Source: Bdellovibrionota bacterium
Lineage (GTDB): Bacteria > Bdellovibrionota_C > UBA2361 > JBIKUX01
Assembly: GCA_044347345.1 (NCBI GenBank)
Contig: JBIKUX010000019.1
Coordinates: 1-51,398 of the forward strand
DNA: 51,398 nucleotides
Direction: 5' to 3'
Shown here: positions 23,545 through 33,983 of the stretch, piece after piece
Layout of the letters: every line of letters begins with the position of its first letter
Numbering within the stretch: the stretch's first letter is position 1
Notes under the pieces: generated by a model
What the model saw: the letters and a program-made list of their open reading frames with translations, nothing else
Databases searched by the model: none
Told to the model about the DNA's origin: nothing
Program-made: the position numbers and the translations under genes

Positions 23545-23660
23545 AGGATCAAAGGTCACAACTCAGAAAAACGTTCCGACCAATGGTGCTACGTTAGAAT
23601 TTTAAATTTTACTATTTTATTTATAAACAGCTCTAATAGAGATTCTTTTAAGCTTGTTTA

Positions 23661-24788
23661 TTATTCGCGGACCCTGTCTCTGAATTTCGGGTCTAACTTA
23701 GCAGCACTCTGATACTCCCTTGAAGCCTCTCGCTTTCTGCCCGTCTGACCGTAAAGAACCCCCAAGTAGAAATGAGCGTCAGCTGAAGCAGGGTCAGCTG
23801 CAATTGCGGCAACGAGAGAGCTCTCTGCTGACTCTAGGCGCCCAAGCTCAAAGGCTGCTAAACCATGGATCAGGTGAGCTCTCGAATTATTTGGCTCAAT
23901 CCTTAATACAGCCTCCACCGTTTCAAGGGCTTTTTCTTGTTGCTTCTTTTCAAAAAGGATTGCAGCTAAATTTAGTAAAGATTGAGTATTGGAAGTATCC
24001 AGTGATACTGCTCGTCTAAAAGCCACCTCAGCTTCATCTTTCATATCTAACAACCCATACAGAGCCCCAAGCGCCTGTTGCGTTCGAACACTATTTGGCT
24101 GAAGTTTTGCCGCCTCCTCAAAAGCAGAAACACTTTCCTTAATTGCTCCTTGCTTACGGAGAGCTACCCCTAAAAAGTAATGTGCATCTTCATGTTTAGG
24201 ATCTACCCGAACGGCAGACCGATAAGCCTCTACAGCTTGTTCAAGTTTGCCTAACCTATCATAAACTACCCCTAAATTGTAGAGAGTTACTACACTTTCA
24301 GGGTCAATAGAACGAGCCTTTTCGAGAACCTCAAGCGATCTATCAAATTCTTTTCGACGTTCATAAACAACACTCATGCCCTGTAATGCGGGAACAAAAG
24401 ATTTGTCGCGCTCTAAAACTCTCTGATACTCGACCGCACTAGCCTCATGATTGCCTTGTTCCAAAAATACATTCGCTAGTCCTGAACGAAATTTTGCATC
24501 ATCTCGGAGGGTTAGAGCTTTCTGCAGATACTCCTTTGCACCATCAAGGTCTCCCACCTTAGTAGCAAGTAACCCGAGATTATGATAAGCTTCAGCCATC
24601 TTAGGGCATCTGTCTATCGCAGCTAAGTAAAGCTGCCTCTCTCTATCTGACCCATCAGCTAGCAAAGCCCCTTCTTGAACAAACCTACTCGCCTGCACGC
24701 AGCTATCACTGCCATGAGCAAGAGAACTAAAACCAAGAACTTTAACTACCGCGCACACAGCTGTTAAAACTAAATAAGGCCTTCTCAT
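23661..24788 (-). CDS. Secreted tetratricopeptide-repeat protein
   Basis: Signal peptide (SLAHG) followed by about 9-10 TPR units (AYHNLG, LYNLG, AHYFLG, AHFYLG). Confidence 0.9.
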   Translation of the reverse strand: MRRPYLVLTAVCAVVKVLGFSSLAHGSDSCVQASRFVQEGALLADGSDRERQLYLAAIDRCPKMAEAYHNLGLLATKVGDLDGAKEYLQKALTLRDDAKFRSGLANVFLEQGNHEASAVEYQRVLERDKSFVPALQGMSVVYERRKEFDRSLEVLEKARSIDPESVVTLYNLGVVYDRLGKLEQAVEAYRSAVRVDPKHEDAHYFLGVALRKQGAIKESVSAFEEAAKLQPNSVRTQQALGALYGLLDMKDEAEVAFRRAVSLDTSNTQSLLNLAAILFEKKQQEKALETVEAVLRIEPNNSRAHLIHGLAAFELGRLESAESSLVAAIAADPASADAHFYLGVLYGQTGRKREASREYQSAAKLDPKFRDRVRE

Positions 24789-24891
24789 AACTTATAATTT
24801 TTACAAATCATTCTGATAAATTTATTTTTTCTCGTAACGCCATCTGTTACTTAAGCATTTAACTGCTAATAGAGTAACCAGCCATTTTAAT

Positions 24892-26271
24892 TTAAAGTTC
24901 AAGAGAATTCAGTAAAATCCCCACAGAGCGAAGTTTCTCTTCCTTAACTACAAGCGCAAACCTGACATATTGGTCATATACATTTCTGCTAGAATCCAAA
25001 TCACCCACAATAGCACCGGCTAATCCACTTTTCGAATTACAAACTTCACTACCCAAAGGTAGTGAACCATTAGTCACTGAACTATTTGAAAATGCACAAC
25101 CAGGTGTGACTACTATTCCGTGATTCAGCGCTTTTTCAGCAAAGTATCTACTACCTAGATGACGCCATCGCTCGGGTAATTTAGCCCATATAGATGAACA
25201 AGAAGAAACACCAAAACTAGAGTCGGACTCCCCTATGATATTAAATTTAGGAGCCTCCCACCCCCCACTATTTAATAAATCACTCAGAATTTTCGCACGC
25301 GAGCGATATTCTTTTATTACCGGCTGTGCCACTAACTCACCACTACTGAGCACTATACCGGCAGCGAGTTGCAAAGGTAAAAACAATCCGTAATCCATCG
25401 CAGACTTAAGTCGCGCTACTGCTTTAACCAACGTCGGAACACCCATAACGGCTCCTATTCGCCAGCCCGGTACACTGTAAGCTTTTGACAAACTGTAGGT
25501 TTCGACAGATCGATAACGGAGGCTTTGCTCAGATAATACGCTTACACCACCACCCATCTCTCCATAAACAAAATCATTTACTACGGTAACATTTGTAGAC
25601 TCCAACAGAACTCCCAAACGACGATAAAAATCCGCTGAAACTGTTAATCCAGTAGGATTGTTGGGATAATTAAGCACAAGAACGCTAAATGGATAGTACT
25701 TGATTGCTTCCCCAATACTGGCAAGGATAGAGTCCTCCGAACCGTCAGCTTTATAATATGAAACAGATAAACCCGCAGAGTGTGCGGCAAAAATGAAGCC
25801 AGGATAGGTAGGCAAAGGCAAAAGCAAAGTCACAGGGACATAATTAGAGCGGTCGCTACGATAACTCGCTCCACTTGCAAACAAGGAAAAAAGTGTATTG
25901 ATAGCATCCTTAGTGCCGAACGTAACACAAACCTCTGTATCAGGATCCAAGGGAACTCCAAAACAACGCTGATAAAGAGCTGAAAACCCCTCCCTAGCTC
26001 TTCTAACTCCTCTTGCTACAGCGTACCGATGATTCTGAACTTTTAACGTTGCCTCAACTAAACGATCCACTAAAATACGGGGTGGCGGAATATCCGGATT
26101 AATCATCGACAGATCAATTAGAGACTCTCCTTTAGCAAGCCGGTCTCTACTTTTTATCGAGATATCTGAAAGCAGCTTTGCCAAAAAATCACACGATGCT
26201 TGAGTTGATGTTTGGCTGTTTGTTACTCGGTTGCGAAACTTAAAATTAGCGGGTACTTGATGATGTTCCAT
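24892..26271 (-). CDS. PLP-dependent aminotransferase class I/II (AlaC-like)
   Basis: NPD.PPP, HRYA..RG, GTKD, NYPNNPTG, DFVY, SLSKAYSVPGWRIG. Confidence 0.85.
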   Translation of the reverse strand: MEHHQVPANFKFRNRVTNSQTSTQASCDFLAKLLSDISIKSRDRLAKGESLIDLSMINPDIPPPRILVDRLVEATLKVQNHRYAVARGVRRAREGFSALYQRCFGVPLDPDTEVCVTFGTKDAINTLFSLFASGASYRSDRSNYVPVTLLLPLPTYPGFIFAAHSAGLSVSYYKADGSEDSILASIGEAIKYYPFSVLVLNYPNNPTGLTVSADFYRRLGVLLESTNVTVVNDFVYGEMGGGVSVLSEQSLRYRSVETYSLSKAYSVPGWRIGAVMGVPTLVKAVARLKSAMDYGLFLPLQLAAGIVLSSGELVAQPVIKEYRSRAKILSDLLNSGGWEAPKFNIIGESDSSFGVSSCSSIWAKLPERWRHLGSRYFAEKALNHGIVVTPGCAFSNSSVTNGSLPLGSEVCNSKSGLAGAIVGDLDSSRNVYDQYVRFALVVKEEKLRSVGILLNSLEL

Positions 26272-26371
26272 TAATCTTAACTGTACGAAATTTTAATAAT
26301 ATGCTCAATTGCAGGATTTATGAACGTTACACCTCTTCAAAATCTACAAGACCTCAGCAAAAAAAATTACA

Positions 26372-27067
26372 ATGAAAAAATTTCCTGAGCTCTTCTCATT
26401 ACTTGCTCACGATGTAACTAATCCAATGCATGCCGTCTTTAGTTTACTTGATACAGTTCTCGAACACCAAGAAGATGATGTTAGAATACCAGAAAAAACT
26501 CGTATTCTCATTACCCAAGCTAGACGTGCTGCTTCACGAGCCCTTGGTATTGTCCGAAACTATAGTATCCTAGCCGAACTTACGGGCAATACTTGCTCAA
26601 GCAGAATGTCAGGTAAAACTGACATTATTCACTTAATAAATGAAGTAATCGAAAATTCATATAGAAACGATCAAGATAATATTTCTCTGAAAACTTTTTT
26701 CCCTCCTAACCCTGTATATGTGAGAGGGTCAGAAGCTCTAATCGATCCAATCGTAACAAATCTGTTCTCTAACTGCCTCAAATACACTCCCCCATCAGGC
26801 TCTATCACTGTATCTGTCATTCCAAACGAAAAAACAGAGGTTGCTATCCTCTTCTGGAATAATGGTGAACCCATTCCGAAGGAGGACATTTCGCTTATAT
26901 TTAACTATTTTACTAGATCAAGTACTAGTCTCGGCATACCCGGAAGCGGTCTCGGTCTTTACATTGTCAAACGAATAATTAACCTATTAGGAGGTAGTAT
27001 AGAAGTGTCAAGCGGAAAATTAGAAGGTACAATGTTTACAGTCCGATTACCACAAGATAAGTCATGA
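26372..27067 (+). CDS. Cytoplasmic histidine kinase (HisKA + HATPase_c only)
   Basis: AHDVTNP H-box, NLFSNCLKYT N-box, F..F, GSGLGLYIV, GT.F.V.LP. Confidence 0.85.
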   Translation: MKKFPELFSLLAHDVTNPMHAVFSLLDTVLEHQEDDVRIPEKTRILITQARRAASRALGIVRNYSILAELTGNTCSSRMSGKTDIIHLINEVIENSYRNDQDNISLKTFFPPNPVYVRGSEALIDPIVTNLFSNCLKYTPPSGSITVSVIPNEKTEVAILFWNNGEPIPKEDISLIFNYFTRSSTSLGIPGSGLGLYIVKRIINLLGGSIEVSSGKLEGTMFTVRLPQDKS

Positions 27068-27603
27068 GATGGCTCATTATATTTCTCTTGTGGCTTTTCT
27101 ACCTAATCTCGATCATATGTAGCTCTAGTTGTAGATATATTCAGAGCAGTAACAATAATTTACTCTCAGCAATGGTAGTAAGAGTAGCAGACGGTGATAC
27201 AATAGAGATTATAAGTACTGACCCTTCTGCACAAAAACTCACTAATAAGACCATAAAGGTTCGTCTCTTTGGCATTGATGCACCAGAAATAGGTCAAACA
27301 TTCGGTAAAAGTGCGCATAAATACGCTAAAAAGCTCCTTCTCGGTAAAGAAGTTACACTTAATGTAAAAGATACTGACCAGTACGGCAGACTCGTAGCAA
27401 TTGTCACATTGCCAAATGGACTGACAGCTCAAGAAGAGTTACTAAAAAATGGCTTTGTCTGGTGGTATAATCATTACGCTCCACACGAGCATAAATTTGC
27501 CGATGCTCAGATCAAAGCTCAGAGAGAAAATAAGGGACTTTGGGCTAAACAAAAAAAACCAATACCTCCCTGGCAGTGGCGTCTAAATAACAACGGCGTC
27601 TAA
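27064..27603 (+). CDS. Thermonuclease (SNase) family secreted nuclease
   Basis: Hydrophobic N-terminus, V.DGDT, RLFGIDAPE, DQYGR, GLW....PPWQWR; ATGA overlap with the kinase. Confidence 0.93.
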   Translation: MRWLIIFLLWLFYLISIICSSSCRYIQSSNNNLLSAMVVRVADGDTIEIISTDPSAQKLTNKTIKVRLFGIDAPEIGQTFGKSAHKYAKKLLLGKEVTLNVKDTDQYGRLVAIVTLPNGLTAQEELLKNGFVWWYNHYAPHEHKFADAQIKAQRENKGLWAKQKKPIPPWQWRLNNNGV

Positions 27604-27617
27604 ATAACAACGGCGTC
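27578..27617 (+). repeat. 17-bp tandem duplication (TAAATAACAACGGCGTC x2)
   Basis: Exact copies at 27584-27600 and 27601-27617, preceded by GGCGTC. Confidence 0.95.
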
Positions 27618-27672
27618 CGCATGAAGGAAGAAGTCGTTTTAGTATTTTGTGTAAAATATATAATTAAGAGAA

Positions 27673-29391
27673 ATGGTTTTATTAAGAATTTTTTTAATTA
27701 CAATTATAATACTGAGTACGCAAAATTTATTTGCAGAGCAGGTAAATTATCACAACATACCAGTTGCGAAAAACTTCACTAATCTTCCTATCAATACTTC
27801 TAGTTCTAACAAAATCAAACTAGTCCTTATAATAGTAGTAGATCAACTTGGTGCCATTCATATCGAAACCTTTGGCTCATCTTTAGGTGGCGGCATTAAA
27901 AAATTACTCAACAATGGTGTTGTATTTACTGATGCTCATCACAGACATGCAATAACTGAGACCTGCCCCGGACATGCCACTATTTCAACCGGAACACCTC
28001 CTTCCATCCATGGAATAGTCGCTAATGAATGGGTAGAAAGGGATTCAGGCCACAAAAAATACTGTGTTGAGGACAACGAATTTGGCTTTTCTCCACGTTC
28101 TCTTCGAGTCTCAGGTTTAGCTGATTGGATCAAACACGACCACCCCCAAGCCCAAGTTGTGGCTGTTAGCGGCAAAGATAGGTCTGCAATTCTTCTGGCT
28201 AGTCATAACGGAAACGCTCTTTGGTATGACATGGGTATCGGTAACTTTAGATCAAGCCAGTACTACTCATCTAAACTATCAATCGATCAAAATATAATCA
28301 TAGAGGAAGTTAAACGAGAGCAAACTAAATTAATTCCCTATGGAACAATGTGGCAACTACACAAAAAAACTCGTAAAATTGTCAAGAAAATTCCAGTCAC
28401 ATCTTCACTAAAAATTGGTACCAGCGAGCGTAAATTTCCTTATCTACTAGGGGGTATATCGGCTAAAGAAGACGCTACTTTTTGGTCAAGTATATACCAC
28501 TCACCTTATCTTGATGCTCTTACAGCAAAAGCTGCTGGAGCGATTCTTAAAACCGCAAAATTAGGTACCAAATCATATCCAGATTTTTTAGCGGTATCAT
28601 TCTCCAGTCTTGACGTTATCGGGCACGAGTTTGGTCCAACCAGTATTGAAGCACTTGATACACTAGTTCGAGTTAGTGAATTAATTGATGACCTTCTAAA
28701 AAATGCTATTAATCAAGTTGGTCGTGAAAACCTTCTGGTTGTATTAACGAGTGATCACGGCGCTCTCCCGTTACCAGAAAACTACGAGCAATCGGTTAAC
28801 GAAAAATCTCAATCACTGTCAAGTCACATAACGAGTCATAACTTGGGCAAAAAACTCTCTCAACCATTGCAATTTAAGAGATTAACATCAGCTGAAATAG
28901 CCTGTATTCAAAAAGAGGGAAGATTATTTAAATCAAAGCATAAAGATATCGATCTTCGTCCTGATTTTACTGTCGTAGCAAAAGATACACAATCAAATTT
29001 AGCTAAACTTCGCAGAGCCTTAGCAAGTAATTTAAAAAATTGTGCCTCATTACGAGCTGTTTGGACTAAAGATGAGCTAATGGGGAAAAGTGTCTCTCGT
29101 AATCTTGAATCAGTTAAAAATTGGCAAATAATGTTTTCTCGCAGTTTTTATGAGCCAAGAAGCCCTGATATTTTACTCCAATTTAATCCAGGAATCCTTA
29201 TAACAACGACTCCTTTCGGGACAGGTCACGGAACACCGTATGACTACGATACAAAAGTGCCTATAGTTTTTTATGGTGGAAATTTATCGACGCAACAAAT
29301 TGCCACTCCGGTAGGTACAGAACAAATTGCGCCAACAGTTGCCAATATGATTGGTTTACGCTCTTTCGCGCGGAGCGATGAGGTTAAATAG
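27673..29391 (+). CDS. Alkaline phosphatase superfamily enzyme, PafA-like
   Basis: Signal peptide, VVDQ, TETCPGHATISTG (Thr nucleophile), SGKDRSAI, D.IGH.FGP, SDHG, HGTPYDYD. Confidence 0.9.
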   Translation: MVLLRIFLITIIILSTQNLFAEQVNYHNIPVAKNFTNLPINTSSSNKIKLVLIIVVDQLGAIHIETFGSSLGGGIKKLLNNGVVFTDAHHRHAITETCPGHATISTGTPPSIHGIVANEWVERDSGHKKYCVEDNEFGFSPRSLRVSGLADWIKHDHPQAQVVAVSGKDRSAILLASHNGNALWYDMGIGNFRSSQYYSSKLSIDQNIIIEEVKREQTKLIPYGTMWQLHKKTRKIVKKIPVTSSLKIGTSERKFPYLLGGISAKEDATFWSSIYHSPYLDALTAKAAGAILKTAKLGTKSYPDFLAVSFSSLDVIGHEFGPTSIEALDTLVRVSELIDDLLKNAINQVGRENLLVVLTSDHGALPLPENYEQSVNEKSQSLSSHITSHNLGKKLSQPLQFKRLTSAEIACIQKEGRLFKSKHKDIDLRPDFTVVAKDTQSNLAKLRRALASNLKNCASLRAVWTKDELMGKSVSRNLESVKNWQIMFSRSFYEPRSPDILLQFNPGILITTTPFGTGHGTPYDYDTKVPIVFYGGNLSTQQIATPVGTEQIAPTVANMIGLRSFARSDEVK

Positions 29392-29850
29392 ATATACAGC
29401 GAGATTTGATTTACCCTCTACACGAATTTTTCCTGCCAACATAGCAAGCTGGGGATTCAGATTACCACTTGCAATTTCTTGCAGCGACCTAGAGTCAAGC
29501 GTAAGAATACAGTCGGGGACATCAGAAACAAAATCTTCTGGCTTCTGCGTTTCCCCATTAGGTATATTGGGAAATTTATCAACCATAATGTTTCGCTTCT
29601 CTACTTTGTAAGGCGCAGATCTAAGATTAATGTCATAGCATTTTCGACTATCTGAGAGCATAACAGCGACCCATCCAGAAAGATGACTCTTAAGCAGATC
29701 AGATGAATGCCTGATACGTTGGAGAAGATGATGCAAAATAATCGCATCTGAACTACCTTCAGGGTAGAGAGTTTCTTTTATAACTTCGGTTCCAATATCA
29801 ATGCAGTGGGCGGTTTCAAATTCCAAACTTTTTTCAGTATCGTTTTCCAT
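29356..29850 (-). CDS. SCP2 sterol/lipid-binding domain protein
   Basis: PDC.L......L..IASG.LNPQLAML.GKIRVEG. Confidence 0.8.
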   Translation of the reverse strand: MENDTEKSLEFETAHCIDIGTEVIKETLYPEGSSDAIILHHLLQRIRHSSDLLKSHLSGWVAVMLSDSRKCYDINLRSAPYKVEKRNIMVDKFPNIPNGETQKPEDFVSDVPDCILTLDSRSLQEIASGNLNPQLAMLAGKIRVEGKSNLAVYLFNLIAPRERA

Positions 29851-29910
29851 AATCAATGTTATAAATATCAAGATTAATACTTTGCGAATAAGATACCACG
29901 AGTTTTACTA

Positions 29911-30588
29911 ATGCGGCGAGTAATAGGACTCACAGGTAGTATTGGATCCGGAAAATCTTTGGTTGCGCAACTACTAAAAGAAAAAAGTGCAATAATAATA
30001 GATGCTGACTCTATTTCCAGAGAGGTAATGTCTAATGGCCAACCCGCCTTCCAAAAAATTGCTGAATTATGGCCAGAGACCATAACAACAAGTAGCTATT
30101 ATAGCGGCAGTGATCCTAAAACCGGTGCTTCAAACAAAAGTGTATTAGATAGAAAAGCTCTCGGAAATATTGTTTTTAATGATAAAAAACAGCTACAACT
30201 TTTAGAGACTATTGTTCACCCATTAATTCGAGAGTCAGTTGAAGAGCGTATACGATCTATCCCTACAGATTCCAACCTTATATTTTACATGGCACCACTA
30301 ATTTTTGAGGCTCAAGACACTCCATCTTGGATTCGGCCTATTGTCCTCGTAAGTGCGCCAAGAAATATCTTAATTGACCGTGTAATGGCTCGGGATAATT
30401 GCACAAAAACTGCTGTTGAATTAAGACTTCAATATCAACTTTCTGAAGAGGAAAAACGTAAGCGGGCGGATTTTATTATAGATAATTCTGGGAGTATTGA
30501 ATCACTTAAAATGCAAGTTAATAAACTATGGGATAGCCTTAAAAAGGCTCAAAAGCAGGAAAATGAAAAAAAAATAAGAATTTGTTAG
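29911..30588 (+). CDS. coaE: Dephospho-CoA kinase
   Basis: [40 protein letters not shown]. Confidence 0.95.
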   Translation: MRRVIGLTGSIGSGKSLVAQLLKEKSAIIIDADSISREVMSNGQPAFQKIAELWPETITTSSYYSGSDPKTGASNKSVLDRKALGNIVFNDKKQLQLLETIVHPLIRESVEERIRSIPTDSNLIFYMAPLIFEAQDTPSWIRPIVLVSAPRNILIDRVMARDNCTKTAVELRLQYQLSEEEKRKRADFIIDNSGSIESLKMQVNKLWDSLKKAQKQENEKKIRIC

Positions 30589-30896
30589 ACAATTTCCCAC
30601 CAAAACAACACCACTTATTTCTGTGTGCTACACCTGCGAAAGCTAAATGTTGTTCAAAGGATGAAGGCTCTAAATCGTGGGAATTCCTTAAATCAATAAT
30701 TCATGAACGAAAATTACCGTTTTTACGGACAAAGGCTGATTGCCTACGCATATGCAACCAAGGACCAATTTTAGTCGTATATCCAGAAGGCATTTGGTAT
30801 CACTCGTGCACTCCTGTGGTTTTAGCCCGCATTATAGATGAACACTTAATAGGTGGTATACCAGTTGATGAATATATTTTTTCACCATTTATCTGA
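30582..30896 (+). CDS. Thioredoxin-like [2Fe-2S] ferredoxin
   Basis: HLFLC....[31 protein letters not shown]. Confidence 0.88.
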   Translation: MLDNFPPKQHHLFLCATPAKAKCCSKDEGSKSWEFLKSIIHERKLPFLRTKADCLRICNQGPILVVYPEGIWYHSCTPVVLARIIDEHLIGGIPVDEYIFSPFI

Positions 30897-31410
30897 CTAT
30901 TAGCTTCGTTCACCTTTTAGCCAATTACATCTTATTAATAATATTTAAATAAAACTTAAAGGGTTCAGTAAATCCCTAAACTTTATTCTTCTTCTTACTG
31001 CTTTCTTCAAAATATAACGAATTTAATATAAATAAGGGTTCTCTTATTGCTCCAGAAATTTCAAGTGATTAACTTTAAATTTTTAACTATTAATTAGTCC
31101 TGAAGGTCTTACAATGCGTTAAGGCATTATCAATTATGCAGCAAGAATTCTTAAGGAGTCTCGACCAGATTTTAATTTGGAACAACAATTTATGTGGCAT
31201 CGTTTTCAGATTTTACTTAATAATTCCAAATTAACACCACTAACCTGATCACTAATGTTAACAATGGCAACCCCAAAATTTTTCTAATGGAGCAACTATT
31301 CCGCCGTTTTTATATCCACGGTGAGGGATTATTCAATTTTACACGTAGCTCTACCAACCAATGCATCACAGCCCCTCAGCACCACCGCCCAAACTGAGGC
31401 AGCAAATATC

Positions 31411-31566
31411 CTTATCAACTGGTCTCAGTGAACTATTCTTATCAAATAATCAGGTCTCAGAACCTTATCCAATCAGGTGTCAGGGATAAAGAACGTATCA
31501 CCCTGGTGTCAGGGACTTATCTTATGACGAACCTATCTTATAATGGAACTGAACCTATGATGAACG
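31411..31566 (+). repeat. Degenerate direct-repeat tract (TATC...GGT[C/G]TCAG x4, then GAAC-ending units)
   Basis: GGTCTCAG at 31421 and 31453; GGTGTCAGGGA at 31476 and 31505; each preceded by a TATC motif. Confidence 0.7.
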
Positions 31567-31717
31567 AGCCACTCACTTGATGAAAGGCAAGTAACAAGGA
31601 GTTGCTTTAAACAGTAGAATAATGGCATACGGTTAGTTGCGAGCTAAATTCAGCAGAGTTTGCATATTTCTTACTTTTTTCATAACAATCACTGAAACTA
31701 ATTAAAGGAGATTTATA

Positions 31718-32833
31718 GTGAGTTTTACCTGCGGTATTGTTGGTCTTCCTAATGTTGGTAAATCAACTATATTTAATGCCCTAACATCAGCTAAAGCCCA
31801 AGCCGCCAATTTTCCATTTTGCACAATAGAGCCCAATACAGGGGCGGTTCCAGTGCCTGATGAACGCTTGTCAAGATTAGCAGAGATGGCTAACTCAGCG
31901 AAAATTATTCCAACTCAAGTTACATTTGTTGACATAGCCGGTCTTATACGTGGTGCCTCCCAGGGACAAGGACTAGGCAATCAATTTCTTGGGCATATTC
32001 GTGCCGTTGATGCAATCGTACACGTTGTCCGTTGTTTCGCTGATGACGACGTTATTCATGTCGAAGGTAGCGTAGATCCATCGCGAGACCTCGATACCAT
32101 ACTTACTGAACTCATACTCTCGGATTATGAATCTATAGCAAAACAACGCGAAAGATACGAAAGAATCGCTAAAAGTGGCGACAAGACAAAGCGCATCGTA
32201 GCTGAACTACTCTCCCTTTTGGAAACAGAGCTAGGTCGTGGTAGGCTTGCAAAAGATTTTCTACTACCTGATTCTCTTCCAGATGACTTTATCGAGGTTT
32301 ACAACTCATTACTTACAGCTAAACCGGCACTTCTAGTTGCTAATGTCAGCGAGGAGGAATTAATTACAGTTCCAAATATTGATGGAAATCGCCCTCTTGA
32401 CCGAGCTGCAGCTACAGCAAAAAATCACGGAATGCCGTTAGTAATAATTTCAGGACAAGTCGAAGCTGAATTAGCAGAATTAAATCGTATCGATCGTCTT
32501 GCTTATTTAGCCGAGATAGGAGCCACACACACAGGTCTAGACAGATTGGCTCTCGCTGGCTATGAGCTTCTTAAACTAGTCACATTCTTTACTGTAGGAC
32601 CCAAAGAGGCTCATGCTTGGACAGTAGCCCAAGGTACTCTAGCCCCTCAAGCTGCTGGTAAAATTCATTCTGACTTCGAGCGTGGCTTCATCCGAGCTGA
32701 GGTCATTGGTTACAATGATTTTATAGCTGCTGGAAGTGAAACAAAAGCTCGGGAAGCTGGCAAATTACGTGTTGAGGGTAAGGACTATGTTGTCAAGGAT
32801 GGCGATATTGTTCACTTCAGATTCAATGTATGA
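31718..32833 (+). CDS. ychF: Obg-family ribosome-binding ATPase YchF
   Basis: GIVGLPNVGKST, FPFCTIEPN, DIAGL..GAS.G.GLGN.FL, IHSDFERGFIRAE; AAGGAG RBS. Confidence 0.97.
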   Translation: MSFTCGIVGLPNVGKSTIFNALTSAKAQAANFPFCTIEPNTGAVPVPDERLSRLAEMANSAKIIPTQVTFVDIAGLIRGASQGQGLGNQFLGHIRAVDAIVHVVRCFADDDVIHVEGSVDPSRDLDTILTELILSDYESIAKQRERYERIAKSGDKTKRIVAELLSLLETELGRGRLAKDFLLPDSLPDDFIEVYNSLLTAKPALLVANVSEEELITVPNIDGNRPLDRAAATAKNHGMPLVIISGQVEAELAELNRIDRLAYLAEIGATHTGLDRLALAGYELLKLVTFFTVGPKEAHAWTVAQGTLAPQAAGKIHSDFERGFIRAEVIGYNDFIAAGSETKAREAGKLRVEGKDYVVKDGDIVHFRFNV

Positions 32834-33983
32834 ATTTATTCGCTAATCTTTTATTTTTATAAAGTACAGAAAATAAAGAATCCACTATTACAACCCACGT
32901 TAAAAACAGAAAAAAAATTGCTAGTGGTGGAGAGGTGCTATTATGAAAAGAAGCTGGAATTCCATTCATTGGCCGGTAAAAGTGTATTACCAATACCAGA
33001 GCGGCAACCCCGCCAAATATATTATAAATAAGTGCTTTTTTTGGTAGCAAGCAGCATAGAAAAGGTAATGGATACAAAAGATATTGCATACCAAAACCAG
33101 GCGCAAGAATCACAAAAACTCCCATTATTATGAGAGTATCATTCCAATCAGAATTATTTAAAGAACTACCGGTACCTTTTCCAATAAAAAAACTAACCAA
33201 AATTGTACTTATCTTTGCAATGGGTATATATAAAGCGACCAATTCTTTCGGAAAATTACTCCACAAAGACCTCCACTCGTAAGCAATCATAGTAGCCAAC
33301 ATCGGGACTCCCCAATAATCAAAAGGTGGAGAATACCGCACAACCTGATTAACAAATTGGTGTGGTGCCAAATAAATACCAAAAAGTAGGCTTGATAGAG
33401 GAATAAGCGCTCCAATAACACCGCGGAAAAAGCATCTAGAGTCATAGCGCCACAAAAAAGGCAAAAGAAGCGCTCCAATAAGCTTTATACTGGAACATAA
33501 TCCAATCAACATTCCAGCAATAAAAGGATATCTGCGGTGATTAATAAGAGTCATGCCCAGTAAGCTCAGAGCAACTACAATACCGTCAGTATTTCCATGA
33601 TATCCAATAGTATACAAGGCTACAGGACTAAAAGAGTATAATGCTAAAGGTAGAATACCACCTTTAAAACCTACTATAACCATAGTAATAATATCAAAAA
33701 AACTAACTACTCCTTTGAACAATGCATAAAATGGCACATCTAAAGCATTTGCTAAGCGAAATAAAGCACGCATAAGCCATAACGATACAGGTGGATGATT
33801 CGCATTTGGGTACTTAATGTACACCTCAGTAATTCCTAGATTACTTGCTACCTCACAAAAGTTATACCAAGTATTTACGTCGTTAGTTCCAAAAGTCTTA
33901 CAAGAGAGAACAAACCTAAGAATAAAACCAAGAAAAATAAAAAATGCATGACAAAAGAAAGCGTAACCAATTTTTTGGGACAT
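32823..33983 (-). CDS. Polytopic GT-C glycosyltransferase-like protein (GT87/DUF2029-like)
   Basis: GTND after TM1, NHPP, SP......HGNTD, SIKL, GFGMQY...P; about 10 TM segments. Confidence 0.65.
   Translation of the reverse strand: MSQKIGYAFFCHAFFIFLGFILRFVLSCKTFGTNDVNTWYNFCEVASNLGITEVYIKYPNANHPPVSLWLMRALFRLANALDVPFYALFKGVVSFFDIITMVIVGFKGGILPLALYSFSPVALYTIGYHGNTDGIVVALSLLGMTLINHRRYPFIAGMLIGLCSSIKLIGALLLPFLWRYDSRCFFRGVIGALIPLSSLLFGIYLAPHQFVNQVVRYSPPFDYWGVPMLATMIAYEWRSLWSNFPKELVALYIPIAKISTILVSFFIGKGTGSSLNNSDWNDTLIIMGVFVILAPGFGMQYLLYPLPFLCCLLPKKALIYNIFGGVAALVLVIHFYRPMNGIPASFHNSTSPPLAIFFLFLTWVVIVDSLFSVLYKNKRLANKFIH

Noticed and set aside
26301-26390. Frameshifted N-terminal extension of the kinase across A-runs
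   Set aside because: It would add only about 20 residues with no recognisable domain; cannot be supported without reads.
31411-31566. CRISPR array or oriC DnaA-box cluster
   Set aside because: The conserved core is only 8-11 bp with irregular 23-32 bp periods, there are no cas genes, and there is no TTATCCACA consensus box.
31622-31641. Sigma54 promoter TGGCATAC...TTGC upstream of ychF
   Set aside because: The GG-to-GC spacing does not fit the required -24/-12 distance.
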